A stretch of 64,000 bases of DNA from Tagaea sp. (GTDB taxonomy: Bacteria > Pseudomonadota > Alphaproteobacteria > CACIAM-22H2): the NCBI GenBank assembly GCA_965279525.1, contig CBDIIB010000005.1, positions 928,001-992,000 on the forward strand. The letters are read 5' to 3'. A model generated the notes under the pieces. The model saw only the letters and a list, made by a program, of their open reading frames with translations. It was not told where the DNA came from and searched no databases. Position numbers and translations under genes: made by a program. This document shows, piece by piece, positions 1-13,391 of the stretch; within the stretch, counting starts at the first letter, position 1, and every line of letters begins with the position of its first letter.

Positions 1-9
1 TTTTCGCCC

Positions 10-1251
10 ATGAACATATCCACACCCGTTCTCGACGCGGACGTGGCGATCGTCGGCGGCGGCCTGGTCGGCCTGTCGCTGGCGCTGGCACTGGCGCGCG
101 CCGGCCTCGATTCGGTCGTCGTGGACAGCGACGACCCAGCGACCAAGACCGTCGACGCGTTCGACGGGCGCGGTTCGGCCATCGCCCTTGGCTCCGCGCG
201 CGTGCTGCAGGGCATCGGGTTGTGGCCCTATCTTGCCCCGCACGCCGAACCGATCCTCGACATCCGCGTGTCGGACGGCGATTCGAACCTGTTCCTGCAC
301 TACGACCATCGCGAGATCGGCACCGAGCCGTTCGGCTACATCATCGAAAACCGCCACGTGCGCCGCGCACTTTACGCGTGCCTGGCGCAGGAACGCCGCG
401 TGACGCTCGTTGCCCCCGACACGGTCGCCGAGGTTTCGGCCGATACGGCGCGCGCGCACGCACGCCTCGCCTCGGGTACCTGCATCCAAGCGAAGCTCGC
501 CGTCGCCTGTGACGGGCGGCCATCGCCCACGCGCGCGCGCGCGGGCATCGGCGCACTTCGCTGGAACTACGAGCAGCACGCGATCGTGTGCGCGATCAGC
601 CACGAGAAGCCGCATCGCGGCATCGCCAACGAGCGCTTCCTGCCCGCAGGGCCCTTCGCCGTGCTGCCGCTGCCCGATGCGCCGGACGGCACGCATCTTT
701 CGTCGATCGTTTGGACCGAGCGCGCAGAACTTGCCGCGATGTTCATGGATCTGCCCGAGGACGAGTTCGTCGACGAGATCCACGAGCGCTTCGGCTGGGG
801 TCTCGGGCGCATCGGCGTTGCAGGCGGGCGCTGGGTTTATCCGCTGACATTCGTGCAGGCCGAAAGCGCCATCGGCCCGCGGCTGGCGCTCGCCGGCGAC
901 GCGCTCCACGGCATCCATCCGATCGCGGGGCAGGGTCTCAATCTGGGCCTGCGCGACGTGGCGGCCCTCGCCGAGGTGCTGGCGGATTCGACCCGGCTGG
1001 GTCTGGATATCGGAGCCGGCGACACGCTCGAGCGCTATGCGCGCTGGCGCGGCGTGGACACGGTCGGCCTGTCGGCGGTGACCGACGGCCTGCTGCGGCT
1101 GTTCTCGAACGACGTGGCACCGCTGAAACTCGCGCGCGACATCGGCCTTGCGGTGGTCGACAAGATCGCCCCCTTGAAGCGCATGTTCATGCAGGACGCG
1201 ATGGGCACGCTCGGCACGCTGCCGCGCCTGATGCGGGGCGAAGCGCTCTAG
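10..1251 (+). CDS. FAD-dependent ubiquinone biosynthesis hydroxylase (UbiH/UbiL/COQ6 family)
   Basis: N-terminal GGGLVG Rossmann motif, ACDG, LAGDALHGIHPIAGQGLNLGLRD fingerprint. Confidence 0.9.
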   Translation: MNISTPVLDADVAIVGGGLVGLSLALALARAGLDSVVVDSDDPATKTVDAFDGRGSAIALGSARVLQGIGLWPYLAPHAEPILDIRVSDGDSNLFLHYDHREIGTEPFGYIIENRHVRRALYACLAQERRVTLVAPDTVAEVSADTARAHARLASGTCIQAKLAVACDGRPSPTRARAGIGALRWNYEQHAIVCAISHEKPHRGIANERFLPAGPFAVLPLPDAPDGTHLSSIVWTERAELAAMFMDLPEDEFVDEIHERFGWGLGRIGVAGGRWVYPLTFVQAESAIGPRLALAGDALHGIHPIAGQGLNLGLRDVAALAEVLADSTRLGLDIGAGDTLERYARWRGVDTVGLSAVTDGLLRLFSNDVAPLKLARDIGLAVVDKIAPLKRMFMQDAMGTLGTLPRLMRGEAL

Positions 1252-1264
1252 GGCGAAACCGAAC

Positions 1265-2965
1265 CTACGCGGCTGCGGCGAAAGGCAGCACGACGCGCAC
1301 CGTCGTGCCCTTGCCCGGTGCCGTGTCGATCGCGAGCGTTCCGTCGTGCAGCTCGGCGAACATGCGGGCGAGCGGCAGGCCGAGGCCCGTGTCGGAGCGC
1401 TGGCGCGCTTCCTCGTCGTGCGCCGTCTCGAACGGACGCAACGCACGCGCCGCATCTTCAGGCGACATGCCGCGACCGCGGTCCGTCACGCGGAATTCGA
1501 TGGCGCCATCCGGACGGCGCTGGCAATCGAGCACGACGCGCCGGTCCTCGCCCGCGAACTTGATCGCGTTGATCGTCAGGTTGAGCAGGAGCTGGACCAG
1601 CACGCGCTCGTCGCCGGCGAAGCCGATGCCGGCACCGTTGCCGGCGATCTCGATCGCCACGCGCTCCTTGGTCGCGCGCTGGCTGGCCAGGAGCCGGACC
1701 GTCGACAGCAGCGATACCGCATCGACCGGGCCGATCTCCAGCCGCCACTTGCCCGCCTCGATCTTCGACATGTCGAGGATGCGGTTGATCACGTCGAGCA
1801 GATGCTCGGCGCTGAAGCGGATGTCGCCGGCATAGTCGCGATAGCGCGCGGGCGCCCCCAGTTTCATCGCGTCGGTCTCGATGATCTCGGAAAAGCCGAT
1901 GATGGCGTTGAGCGGCGTGCGGATCTCATGACCCAGATGGGCGAGGAAATCCGACTTGTTGCGCGCGACGTCGCGGAAATGCGTGGCCTCGAGGCGGGCC
2001 GCCTTTTCGTTCTCCTCGCGCGAGACGAGCAGGCTGGCGGTCTGGCGGGCGCGCCGGTTCAGGCCCGCGGCCACCGCAAGCACGATCAGGATGGCGACGA
2101 CGGCAGCCAGCATGATGCCGGACGCGCGCTCGAACCATCGGCCGAAGATGGCGCTGCGCGGATCGCTGGCGAGCACGAAAAGTTCGGTGCCGGGCACGCG
2201 CGCGGCACCGAACAGGCGGACCTCGTCGGTTGTCCGCGTGCGCTGGAAACGGGCCGTGCCGAACAGGTCGGCATCCGGCGGCGGGCGGGGATTTGCGGCG
2301 ATGAGATCGAGTTCGGGATACCGGGCGTGGAGATGGCCCTCGGCATCGACCAGGCTGATCGCATCGGCGCCAAGCTTGGAGAACAGCCGCGCGAAATGGG
2401 CAGGATCGATCCGCCCGGCGACGACTCCGCCGAACGTGCCGTCCGGGCGCTCGACGCGCATCGAGACCGGAATGCTGATGTCGTTGCTCGGCCGTGCGAC
2501 GACGGGCCGGTCGATGCGCAGGTCGTTCGACGGGTTGTCGCGGTGCGCGATGAAGTAGGGGCGGTCCGACAGGTCGGTGCGCTGCGGCGTGACGGACCCC
2601 ACGTTGACGGCGACGCGCCCGTCGGGCCCGACCAGTGCCAGGCCCTGCAACTGGATCGTCGATGCCTGCGCGCGCTTCAGGGCGACATGGATCTCGGCTG
2701 GCGTCCCGCGCACGACGATGCCGGGCGAACCGGGGTCGCTGTCGATGCTGCGCAGGGCCAGCGCCATGGTACCGAAGACCTGCGCCACGAACGTCGCCGC
2801 GACTTCGGCCTCGATGACGATCTGGCGCCGGGCGTCGGCGACGACCTGCCCGTATATCTGCGAAATCTGGATGCCGGCAGCCGCGACGACAAGTGCCAGC
2901 ACTGCACCGACGAGAAGGATGCCGACGGGCCGCGAACCGGCGATGGTGTGACCAGAATTCTTCAT
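1265..2965 (-). CDS. Membrane sensor histidine kinase with periplasmic Cache-like domain (PleC/DivJ-like H-box)
   Basis: Two TM segments flanking a DLSDRPYF Cache-type region; H-box HEIRTPLNAIIGFSE; N-box NAIKF; DRGRG and GLGL G-boxes. Confidence 0.9.
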   Translation of the reverse strand: MKNSGHTIAGSRPVGILLVGAVLALVVAAAGIQISQIYGQVVADARRQIVIEAEVAATFVAQVFGTMALALRSIDSDPGSPGIVVRGTPAEIHVALKRAQASTIQLQGLALVGPDGRVAVNVGSVTPQRTDLSDRPYFIAHRDNPSNDLRIDRPVVARPSNDISIPVSMRVERPDGTFGGVVAGRIDPAHFARLFSKLGADAISLVDAEGHLHARYPELDLIAANPRPPPDADLFGTARFQRTRTTDEVRLFGAARVPGTELFVLASDPRSAIFGRWFERASGIMLAAVVAILIVLAVAAGLNRRARQTASLLVSREENEKAARLEATHFRDVARNKSDFLAHLGHEIRTPLNAIIGFSEIIETDAMKLGAPARYRDYAGDIRFSAEHLLDVINRILDMSKIEAGKWRLEIGPVDAVSLLSTVRLLASQRATKERVAIEIAGNGAGIGFAGDERVLVQLLLNLTINAIKFAGEDRRVVLDCQRRPDGAIEFRVTDRGRGMSPEDAARALRPFETAHDEEARQRSDTGLGLPLARMFAELHDGTLAIDTAPGKGTTVRVVLPFAAAA

Positions 2966-3072
2966 TCAGAACAGGTTCTTGATCCGGATGCGGGCGGAGA
3001 TTCTAGCCGTCGCCAATCGGTTTTACCCGAATATTTTGTAGAAAGTATTAACGACCGGCGCGGGGCCGGCCA

Positions 3073-3086
3073 TTGATCAGCCTCAA
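3073..3086. promoter_or_regulatory. Putative FNR/FixK-type binding site
   Basis: TTGAT-CAGC-CTCAA matches TTGAT-N4-ATCAA with 1 mismatch, in the divergent intergenic region. Confidence 0.5.
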
Positions 3087-3150
3087 TGCGGGCGCGTCGT
3101 GGCGGCGCGAGGATGGACATAACGTCCATGAACCACTCGAGGAGGCAGCC

Positions 3151-3459
3151 ATGCAACGACGGACATTTCTGACGCTGACCGCGACGGCGGGACTAGCGAT
3201 CGCTCTTGGAGCATCCGAAGCGCTGGCGCAGGGCATGGGCGGCATGAGTGCGGCCGAGCGCGACAAGATGCGCGAGCAGATGCGCAAGCGCTGGGACGAG
3301 ATGGACCACGATTCGCGCGTAAAGGCGATGGACCGCATGCGCAGCCGGCGCAGCGAGCCGAAATACGAGGAGATGCGCGAGCGCTGGAACAAGCTGACGC
3401 CCGAGCAGCGCAGCGGCATGATCGAACGGCACCGGATGAAATCCGGCAAGGCGGACTAG
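3151..3459 (+). CDS. Small Tat-exported Met/Arg-rich helical protein (DUF3106/LTXXQ-like repeats)
   Basis: GAGGAG RBS before ATG 3151; MQRRTFL twin-arginine signal ending ALA; repeats MRKRWDEM / MRERWNKLTPEQR. Confidence 0.75.
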   Translation: MQRRTFLTLTATAGLAIALGASEALAQGMGGMSAAERDKMREQMRKRWDEMDHDSRVKAMDRMRSRRSEPKYEEMRERWNKLTPEQRSGMIERHRMKSGKAD

Positions 3460-3469
3460 CCCGCGCGGT

Positions 3470-4054
3470 TCACAACTGGACGCGCAGGCTCGAGATGATG
3501 ATGCGCTTGGCCAGCTCGACCGAGCTGATCGACTTCCAGTCGAGGTCGGGGATGATCGAGCGCATCTGGTCGTCGGACGTCTTGAAGAAGTCGATGGCCC
3601 CGAAGATCCGGTCGACCTTCGTCCCGTCGTCCGACAGCGGCAGCGCCAGATGCTCGATGTCGAGCTTGATGCCGTTCTGGGTCGTGATCGTGCTCTCGTC
3701 GACGACCGCCATCTTCATCTGCACGGCATAGACGAGGTTCTTGCGCCATTCCTCTTCCCAGCCGCCGATCTGCAGGTCGAGCAGCATCATGCCCGTCGCG
3801 TCCTGCTTGAGCCGGTCGGTCAGAGCCGTGCCCATCAGGCGGAACTTGAACCACATGCCGGCATCGTCCTGCATGACCTGGGCGATGTAGATATAGGGAA
3901 GCTCGGGCAGCAGGTCGTTGGGCATCACGTCGGGCTGCATCTCGGCGCGCGTCGGCATCGGCTTCTTGCCGCACGCGGCGACCCAGTGCGCATAGACGCG
4001 CGAATTGAGCTTGCTGGCCAGTACCAGTCGCATCCGGTCGATCTCCATCGGCAT
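3470..4054 (-). CDS. Stand-alone PAS (PAS_5-like) domain protein
   Basis: GGAG RBS before ATG 4054; YAHW...MPTRAEMQP, FKFRLMGT and EHLALPLSDDG pattern typical of alphaproteobacterial PAS_5 proteins. Confidence 0.7.
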   Translation of the reverse strand: MPMEIDRMRLVLASKLNSRVYAHWVAACGKKPMPTRAEMQPDVMPNDLLPELPYIYIAQVMQDDAGMWFKFRLMGTALTDRLKQDATGMMLLDLQIGGWEEEWRKNLVYAVQMKMAVVDESTITTQNGIKLDIEHLALPLSDDGTKVDRIFGAIDFFKTSDDQMRSIIPDLDWKSISSVELAKRIIISSLRVQL

Positions 4055-4145
4055 GCGACTCCACGATAGGTGGCCACATGCACCTACAGTCTCACCTTTC
4101 GGTTGATTTACACAGTTTATACGGGAATTAGTCGCGCTTCTCGTG

Positions 4146-4631
4146 TCAACCGGCGAGGAATGCAGCCCAGCGCCGCCGTTTGGTCGAGATATCCATCGCG
4201 GCATGTGCGGGACTTGTCGAGGGAAGCGTGACGAACGCACGGCCGTCGGCCGGCAACGCGTGGCGCCGATAGAGCCGTGCGGCGGTGGCACCGTTGAAGC
4301 CGACGCGCACGATCTGGCGGTGGCGCTCGAAGAACGCGGCGAAATCGTTGGGCTTTATCGTATCGGGTGCGATCGCTGAATCGAGACTGCCGGGCCGGAC
4401 GGCGGCAGCGCACACGTCCCATACCGCGATGCCGGCCGCGCGCAGGCTTGCCGTGCGCTCTGCGTAGGGGGCATCGGCATCGAACCCGAGCACGTGCCCG
4501 ACAATCGGCCAGAAGGCGTTGCGCGGATGGGCGTAATAGCGGCCGGCGGCCAGCGAAGCCTGCCCCGGCAGCGTGCCGAGGATCAGGATCCGCGAATTTT
4601 CGTCGGCAACGGGCGGGAAGCCGCGGTCCAT
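4146..4631 (-). CDS. DNA-deoxyinosine (hypoxanthine) glycosylase, UDG superfamily
   Basis: ILGTLPG..SL...YYAHPRNAFW, FNG and LPSTSPA motifs; start trimmed to ATG 4631. Confidence 0.85.
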   Translation of the reverse strand: MDRGFPPVADENSRILILGTLPGQASLAAGRYYAHPRNAFWPIVGHVLGFDADAPYAERTASLRAAGIAVWDVCAAAVRPGSLDSAIAPDTIKPNDFAAFFERHRQIVRVGFNGATAARLYRRHALPADGRAFVTLPSTSPAHAAMDISTKRRRWAAFLAG

Positions 4632-4659
4632 GCCCCTGACCCGAAGGCGGGGGCGAGGA

Positions 4660-5055
4660 TCAGGCCGCGAGCTTGGCGGTCGCGATCTCGATGCGTGCGG
4701 CGAGACCGGCACGCTCGCCGTCGTCGGTGGCGGCACCGAGCTTGGCGCGAAGCGTCTCGATTTCCTTCGTAACCGCAGGCCTGTCGATCTCCGATACGCG
4801 CACGGCCTCGTCGGCCAGCACCGTCACGCGGTCGGCCGAGGCCTCCGCGAAGCCGCCGGCGACGAAGATGCGGTCTTTGACCGCGCCGCCGGCATAGATC
4901 GAGATCGTGCCGGTGCGCAGCGTCGAGATGACCGGGGCGTGGCCCTTGAGCACGCCGAAATCGCCTTCGCTGCCGGGGACGACGACCATCTCGACGTCCT
5001 CGGACACGAGCAGGCGCTCCGGGCTCACCAGTTCGAACTTGGTCGTTTCGGCCAT
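4660..5055 (-). CDS. atpC: F1 ATP synthase epsilon subunit
   Basis: FELVSPE, PGSEGDFGVLKGHAP; position after atpD. Confidence 0.97.
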   Translation of the reverse strand: MAETTKFELVSPERLLVSEDVEMVVVPGSEGDFGVLKGHAPVISTLRTGTISIYAGGAVKDRIFVAGGFAEASADRVTVLADEAVRVSEIDRPAVTKEIETLRAKLGAATDDGERAGLAARIEIATAKLAA

Positions 5056-5080
5056 CGTCTATTTCCTCGTGCTGGCCCGA

Positions 5081-7400
<2,320 letters not shown>

Positions 7401-7423
7401 CGTCTATGTCCGGTGTGGCTGGC

Positions 7424-8956
<1,533 letters not shown>

Positions 8957-8977
8957 GGACTCGTTCTCCGATGGAAA

Positions 8978-9535
8978 TCAGGCCCGACCGGCGAGGGTCA
9001 GGTGAAGACGCTTGAGTTGGCCCTGCAGCGAGGCATCGACGAGGCGGGAACCCACCTTCACCTTCAGCCCGCCCAGCAGCTTGGGATCGACCTTGAGGTC
9101 GAGCGTGACTTTGCGGCCGGCGGCGGCGCGCAGCTTGGTCTCGAGTTCGGCGATGCGGGCCGGCGACAGCGCCACGGCCGACACGACTTCGGCGACGGTT
9201 TCGCCGCGCGCTTCGGCGACGAGGGCGCGGTATTGCTTGGCGATCGCGGGGAAGTCGGCAAGGCGGCGGTTGCGCGCCAGCGTGCCCACGAAGCGGCGCA
9301 CCAGATCGCCGATGCCCAGATTGGCCATCACCGCGAGCACGGCCTTTTCCTGCGTGGCGCGCGGCAGCAGCGGGCTGTTCGTCATCCGCTTCAGTTCGGG
9401 GACGGCCGCGAGGGCCTCTTCGAAGGTCTTGATGTCGCCGGCGACGACGTCGAGCCATTGCGGGTTGGCGAGTTCATACAGCGCGCCCGCGTAGCGTTGG
9501 GCGATTCCGGCGGAAGAGGCGTTTTTCGAGGCCAC
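8978..9535 (-). CDS. atpH: F1 ATP synthase delta subunit
   Basis: AQRYAGAL, VDPKLLGGLKVKVGSRLVDAS; first gene of the HAGDC operon (GTG start). Confidence 0.95.
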   Translation of the reverse strand: MASKNASSAGIAQRYAGALYELANPQWLDVVAGDIKTFEEALAAVPELKRMTNSPLLPRATQEKAVLAVMANLGIGDLVRRFVGTLARNRRLADFPAIAKQYRALVAEARGETVAEVVSAVALSPARIAELETKLRAAAGRKVTLDLKVDPKLLGGLKVKVGSRLVDASLQGQLKRLHLTLAGRA

Positions 9536-9659
9536 GCGCGGTCCCTTGGTCGGCGGTCCGTTTTTCGCCCTTGGCCCACCCCGGACGGGCTCGCCAACCT
9601 CGCGAAAAACAACAAGAAATCGGCGAACGGAAGATGTCTTCCGTGCGGCCGCGGGCGAT

Positions 9660-9688
9660 TAGCTAACACAGGCATTTCGCCGATGCAA
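9660..9688 (-). promoter_or_regulatory. Putative sigma70 promoter of the atp operon
   Basis: Minus strand TTGCAT-N17-TAGCTA in the priA-atpH intergenic region. Confidence 0.35.
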
Positions 9689-9748
9689 TAAGGGCGGCGA
9701 AAAAGCTGCGGGTTATCCACTTTTGCCCGGAAATCGGGGCTTGCACGC

Positions 9749-11938
9749 CTACATGAAACTGTACGGATCGACGTCGATCTGGACGCGGATATCGCTCGGG
9801 ATCCGGGTCTGGGCGAGCCACGAATCGACGATTTCCTGCAGGTTCGCCTCGCGCGACGTTTTCACCAGCAGGCGGCGGCGGTGCCGGCCGCGCAGGATCG
9901 CCATGGGTGCGGGTGCCGGGCCCAGCACGCTGATCCCGGCCCCGCGCGGCGCTGTCTGGCCGAGCCGGCGCGCCAGCCTTTCGACCAGCGCTTCGTCGGG
10001 GCCTGCGACGATCACGGCGGCCAGGCGGCCGAAGGGCGGCCAGCCGTGGCGCTGACGATCGGCGCGTTCGGCCGCCAGGAACTTCGCCCGGTCGCCGCCG
10101 ACCAGCGCCTTCATCACCGAATGCTCGGGCATGTGGGTCTGCAGCAGGACGCGGCCCGGCCGCTCGGCGCGTCCCGCCCGGCCCGAGACCTGGTGCAGGA
10201 GCTGCCACGTGCGCTCGGCCGCGCGCAGGTCGCCGCCCGACAGGCCCAGATCCGCGTCCACGATGCCGACGAGCGTCAGATACGGAAAATGATGGCCCTT
10301 GGCGACGATCTGGGTACCGACCAGGATGTCGATCTCGCGCGCCGCCATCCGGCGAACGAACTCCTCGGCCGCCGCCGGGCCGGTGACGGTGTCGGACGTC
10401 ATCACGTCGATCTTCGCGTCCGGAAACAAGGCGCGCGCTTCTTCGGCCACGCGTTCGACGCCGGGGCCGCACGCGACGAACGAATCCTCGGCCGTGCAGG
10501 ACGGGCACTGGCGCGGCAGCGACGCGTTGTAGCCGCAATGATGGCACTGCAGGCGCCCGTGCAGCCGGTGCTCGACGAGCCACGCCGTGCAGCTCGGACA
10601 TTGCAGCCGGTGCCCGCAGGCCCGGCACAGTGTCAGCGGCGCATAGCCGCGCCGGTTCAAGAACAGCATCGACTGCTCGCCGGCGGCCAGCGCTTCGGTC
10701 AGTGCGGCGCGCAGCGGCAGGCTGATGAAGGACTGGCGCGGTGGCGGATGCTTGCGCAGATCGACTGCCTCGACCTTCGGCAGGCTTGCCCCGCCATGGC
10801 GGGCGGGCAGCTCCACGACCGCATAGCGGCCGCGCTCGACATTCGCGAGCGTTTCCAGCGAGGGCGTGGCCGAGGCCAGCACGATCGGGCAACCTTCGAA
10901 GCGTGCGCGCACCACGCCCATGTCGCGCGCGTGATAGATGGTGCCGTCTTCCTGCTTGAAGGCCTGCTCATGCTCTTCGTCGATGACGACGAGGCCGAGC
11001 TTCGCGAACGGCAGGAACAAGGCCGAGCGTGCGCCGACCACCACGCGCACGTCGCCCGCCGCCACGCCGCGCCACACGCGCGCGCGCTGCGCCGTGCCCA
11101 GCTCCGAGTGCCACTGTGCCGGTTCTGCCCCGAAGCGCGACACGAAACGCGCGAGCCATTGGGCGCTCATCGCGATTTCCGGCAGCAGCACGAGCACCTG
11201 CTTATCCGCCGCAAGGGCCGCCGCGACCGCCTCGAAATAAACCTCGGTCTTGCCGGAGCCGGTCACGCCATCGAGCAGCGTGACCGAGAAACCCTGCCCC
11301 ACCTTGCCCGCCAGCGTGTCGGCCGCTTCGCGTTGGACGGGCGAAAGATCCGCCCGCGGATGACCGGCATCGGGGCCAGGCGGCGAAGGCGCGTCGATCT
11401 CCACGCTTTCGAGCCAACCCTTGTCGACCAGCCCCTTGACCACGCCGGTCGAGACTTCCGCCGCGCGGGCGAGTTCTGCGGCGGGCCGTGCGCCCGAGCG
11501 CGCCTCGCGCAGCACGCGCCGACGTGCAGGCGTCAGCACGCCGGGTTCCTCGAGCTCGGGATCGGGGGCGGCATCGGAAAGGGCGAACGCGACGAGCTTG
11601 CGGGCGGGCACGAGCGCTTCGGGCACGCTCATCGCCATGCGCAGCACGTTGCCAAGCGGTGACAGCGTATAGCTGCTCACCCACGCAAGGAACTTGCGCA
11701 GCGGTTCGGCCATCCTTGGTGCGGGAAGAAGACCCGCAATGTCTTTGAGCTTGGCCGCGTCGAGCGTATCGTCGGGTGGCTCATCCCATACCACGCCGGA
11801 CACGACGCGCCGGCCGAGCGGGACCGTCACGAAGTCGCCGGGCGACACCGTGCGTTCGGGCGGCACCCGGTAATCGTAAGGCCCGAGCGGCAGCGGCAGG
11901 GCCACGCGCACGCGCATGCTGGATCGCGACTCGACCAT
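9749..11938 (-). CDS. priA: Primosomal protein N' helicase
   Basis: GVTGSGKT, DEEH, SATPS, CxxC zinc modules, QVSGRAGR, IDVDP C-terminus. Confidence 0.97.
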   Translation of the reverse strand: MVESRSSMRVRVALPLPLGPYDYRVPPERTVSPGDFVTVPLGRRVVSGVVWDEPPDDTLDAAKLKDIAGLLPAPRMAEPLRKFLAWVSSYTLSPLGNVLRMAMSVPEALVPARKLVAFALSDAAPDPELEEPGVLTPARRRVLREARSGARPAAELARAAEVSTGVVKGLVDKGWLESVEIDAPSPPGPDAGHPRADLSPVQREAADTLAGKVGQGFSVTLLDGVTGSGKTEVYFEAVAAALAADKQVLVLLPEIAMSAQWLARFVSRFGAEPAQWHSELGTAQRARVWRGVAAGDVRVVVGARSALFLPFAKLGLVVIDEEHEQAFKQEDGTIYHARDMGVVRARFEGCPIVLASATPSLETLANVERGRYAVVELPARHGGASLPKVEAVDLRKHPPPRQSFISLPLRAALTEALAAGEQSMLFLNRRGYAPLTLCRACGHRLQCPSCTAWLVEHRLHGRLQCHHCGYNASLPRQCPSCTAEDSFVACGPGVERVAEEARALFPDAKIDVMTSDTVTGPAAAEEFVRRMAAREIDILVGTQIVAKGHHFPYLTLVGIVDADLGLSGGDLRAAERTWQLLHQVSGRAGRAERPGRVLLQTHMPEHSVMKALVGGDRAKFLAAERADRQRHGWPPFGRLAAVIVAGPDEALVERLARRLGQTAPRGAGISVLGPAPAPMAILRGRHRRRLLVKTSREANLQEIVDSWLAQTRIPSDIRVQIDVDPYSFM

Positions 11939-11984
11939 CGGCTAGACTCTGGCCGTTTCGAGTCGCGAGGGGAATGCGCATTCC

Positions 11985-12641
11985 ATGAAATTCTTCGTCG
12001 ACACTGCCGACACCGCCGAAATCCGCGATCTCGCCGCCACCGGCCTGCTCGACGGCGTGACCACCAATCCGTCGCTGATCGCCAAGTCGGGCAAGAAGTT
12101 CCTCGATGTGGTCGCGGAGATCTGCACGATCGTCGCCGGCCCCGTCAGCGCCGAAGTCACCGCCAACGATTTCGACACGATGCTGAAGGAGGGCAAGAAG
12201 CTCGCCGGCATCGCGAAGAACGTCGCGGTCAAGGTGCCCCTCACGCCCGACGGCCTCAAGACCTGCAAGGTCCTGTCCGACGCCGGCACCATGGTCAACG
12301 TCACGCTGTGCTTCAGCCCGGCCCAGGCGATCCTCGCCGCCAAGGCGGGTGCCACGTTCGTCTCGCCCTTCGTCGGGCGGCTCGACGATGTCGGCACCGA
12401 CGGCATGCAGCTCATCTCCGACATCATGACGATCTACCGCCAGTACCCGACCTTCAAGACCGAGGTGCTGGTCGCCTCGGTGCGCGGGCCCCTGCACATC
12501 GTCGATGCCGCCAAGCTCGGCGCGCATGTGGCGACGGCCCCCGCCAACGTGCTCAAGCAGCTTTTCGCGCATCCGCTGACCGACAAGGGCCTCGCCCAGT
12601 TCAATGCGGACTGGAAGAAGACCGGCCAGTCCGTCCTCTAG
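11985..12641 (+). CDS. fsa: Transaldolase / fructose-6-phosphate aldolase family
   Basis: [38 protein letters not shown]. Confidence 0.93.
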   Translation: MKFFVDTADTAEIRDLAATGLLDGVTTNPSLIAKSGKKFLDVVAEICTIVAGPVSAEVTANDFDTMLKEGKKLAGIAKNVAVKVPLTPDGLKTCKVLSDAGTMVNVTLCFSPAQAILAAKAGATFVSPFVGRLDDVGTDGMQLISDIMTIYRQYPTFKTEVLVASVRGPLHIVDAAKLGAHVATAPANVLKQLFAHPLTDKGLAQFNADWKKTGQSVL

Positions 12642-12671
12642 CTAACGGCAACCAGGGAGAATCCCTCGATC

Positions 12672-13391
12672 ATGGCCGAGTCCGACAGTGCAGCCGCCCT
12701 TGCCGGCATCGCGGCCCCCACGGGTGCCGCGGTCGCCGAGTATCTGCGCCGCCACCCCGACTTCCTGATCGAGCATCCCGACCTGCTGTGGATCCTCACG
12801 CCCCCCGCACAGCGTTCGGACAACGGCGTGGTCGACATGCAGCGCTACATGCTCGAGCGCATGCGCACCGACCTTGCCAAGCTGACGGCGGCACAGGCCG
12901 AACTCATCGCCACGAGCCGCGCCAACCTCGCCACGCAGGGGCGCATCCACGCCGCCGTGCTGTCGGTGCTGACCGCGAAATCCCTGCCCCACTGCATCGA
13001 CACGATCGCGGTCGACCTGCCCATGCATCTTGAAGTGGACGCGATCGGGCTTGGCTTCGAATCGCTCGACCACGTGCCGCCGGGCGAGAACGCGCAGAAC
13101 CTGCGCATCCTGCCGCGCGGCACCGTCGACCGGCTGATGGGCGAGCGGCGCGACATCCTGCTGCTGTCCGACGAGCCGGGCGACAGCTCCATCTATGGCG
13201 GGGCCTCCACGCTCGTGCACAGCCAGGCGCTGCTGCGCCTGCAGCTGAAGCGCGACATGGCGCCGGGCATCCTTGCCTTCGGGGCGCGCGCCACGTCGAA
13301 ATTCCATCCCGGCCAGGGCACCGAGCTGCTCAATTTCCTCGGCCGCACGGTCGAAGCGGCATTGCGCGGATGGCTGGCGCGCGGGAACTGA
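12672..13391 (+). CDS. DUF484 (YigA-like) protein
   Basis: V.EYLRRHPDF, GVVDMQ, F.PGQGTELL.FL; directly upstream of xerC. Confidence 0.85.
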   Translation: MAESDSAAALAGIAAPTGAAVAEYLRRHPDFLIEHPDLLWILTPPAQRSDNGVVDMQRYMLERMRTDLAKLTAAQAELIATSRANLATQGRIHAAVLSVLTAKSLPHCIDTIAVDLPMHLEVDAIGLGFESLDHVPPGENAQNLRILPRGTVDRLMGERRDILLLSDEPGDSSIYGGASTLVHSQALLRLQLKRDMAPGILAFGARATSKFHPGQGTELLNFLGRTVEAALRGWLARGN

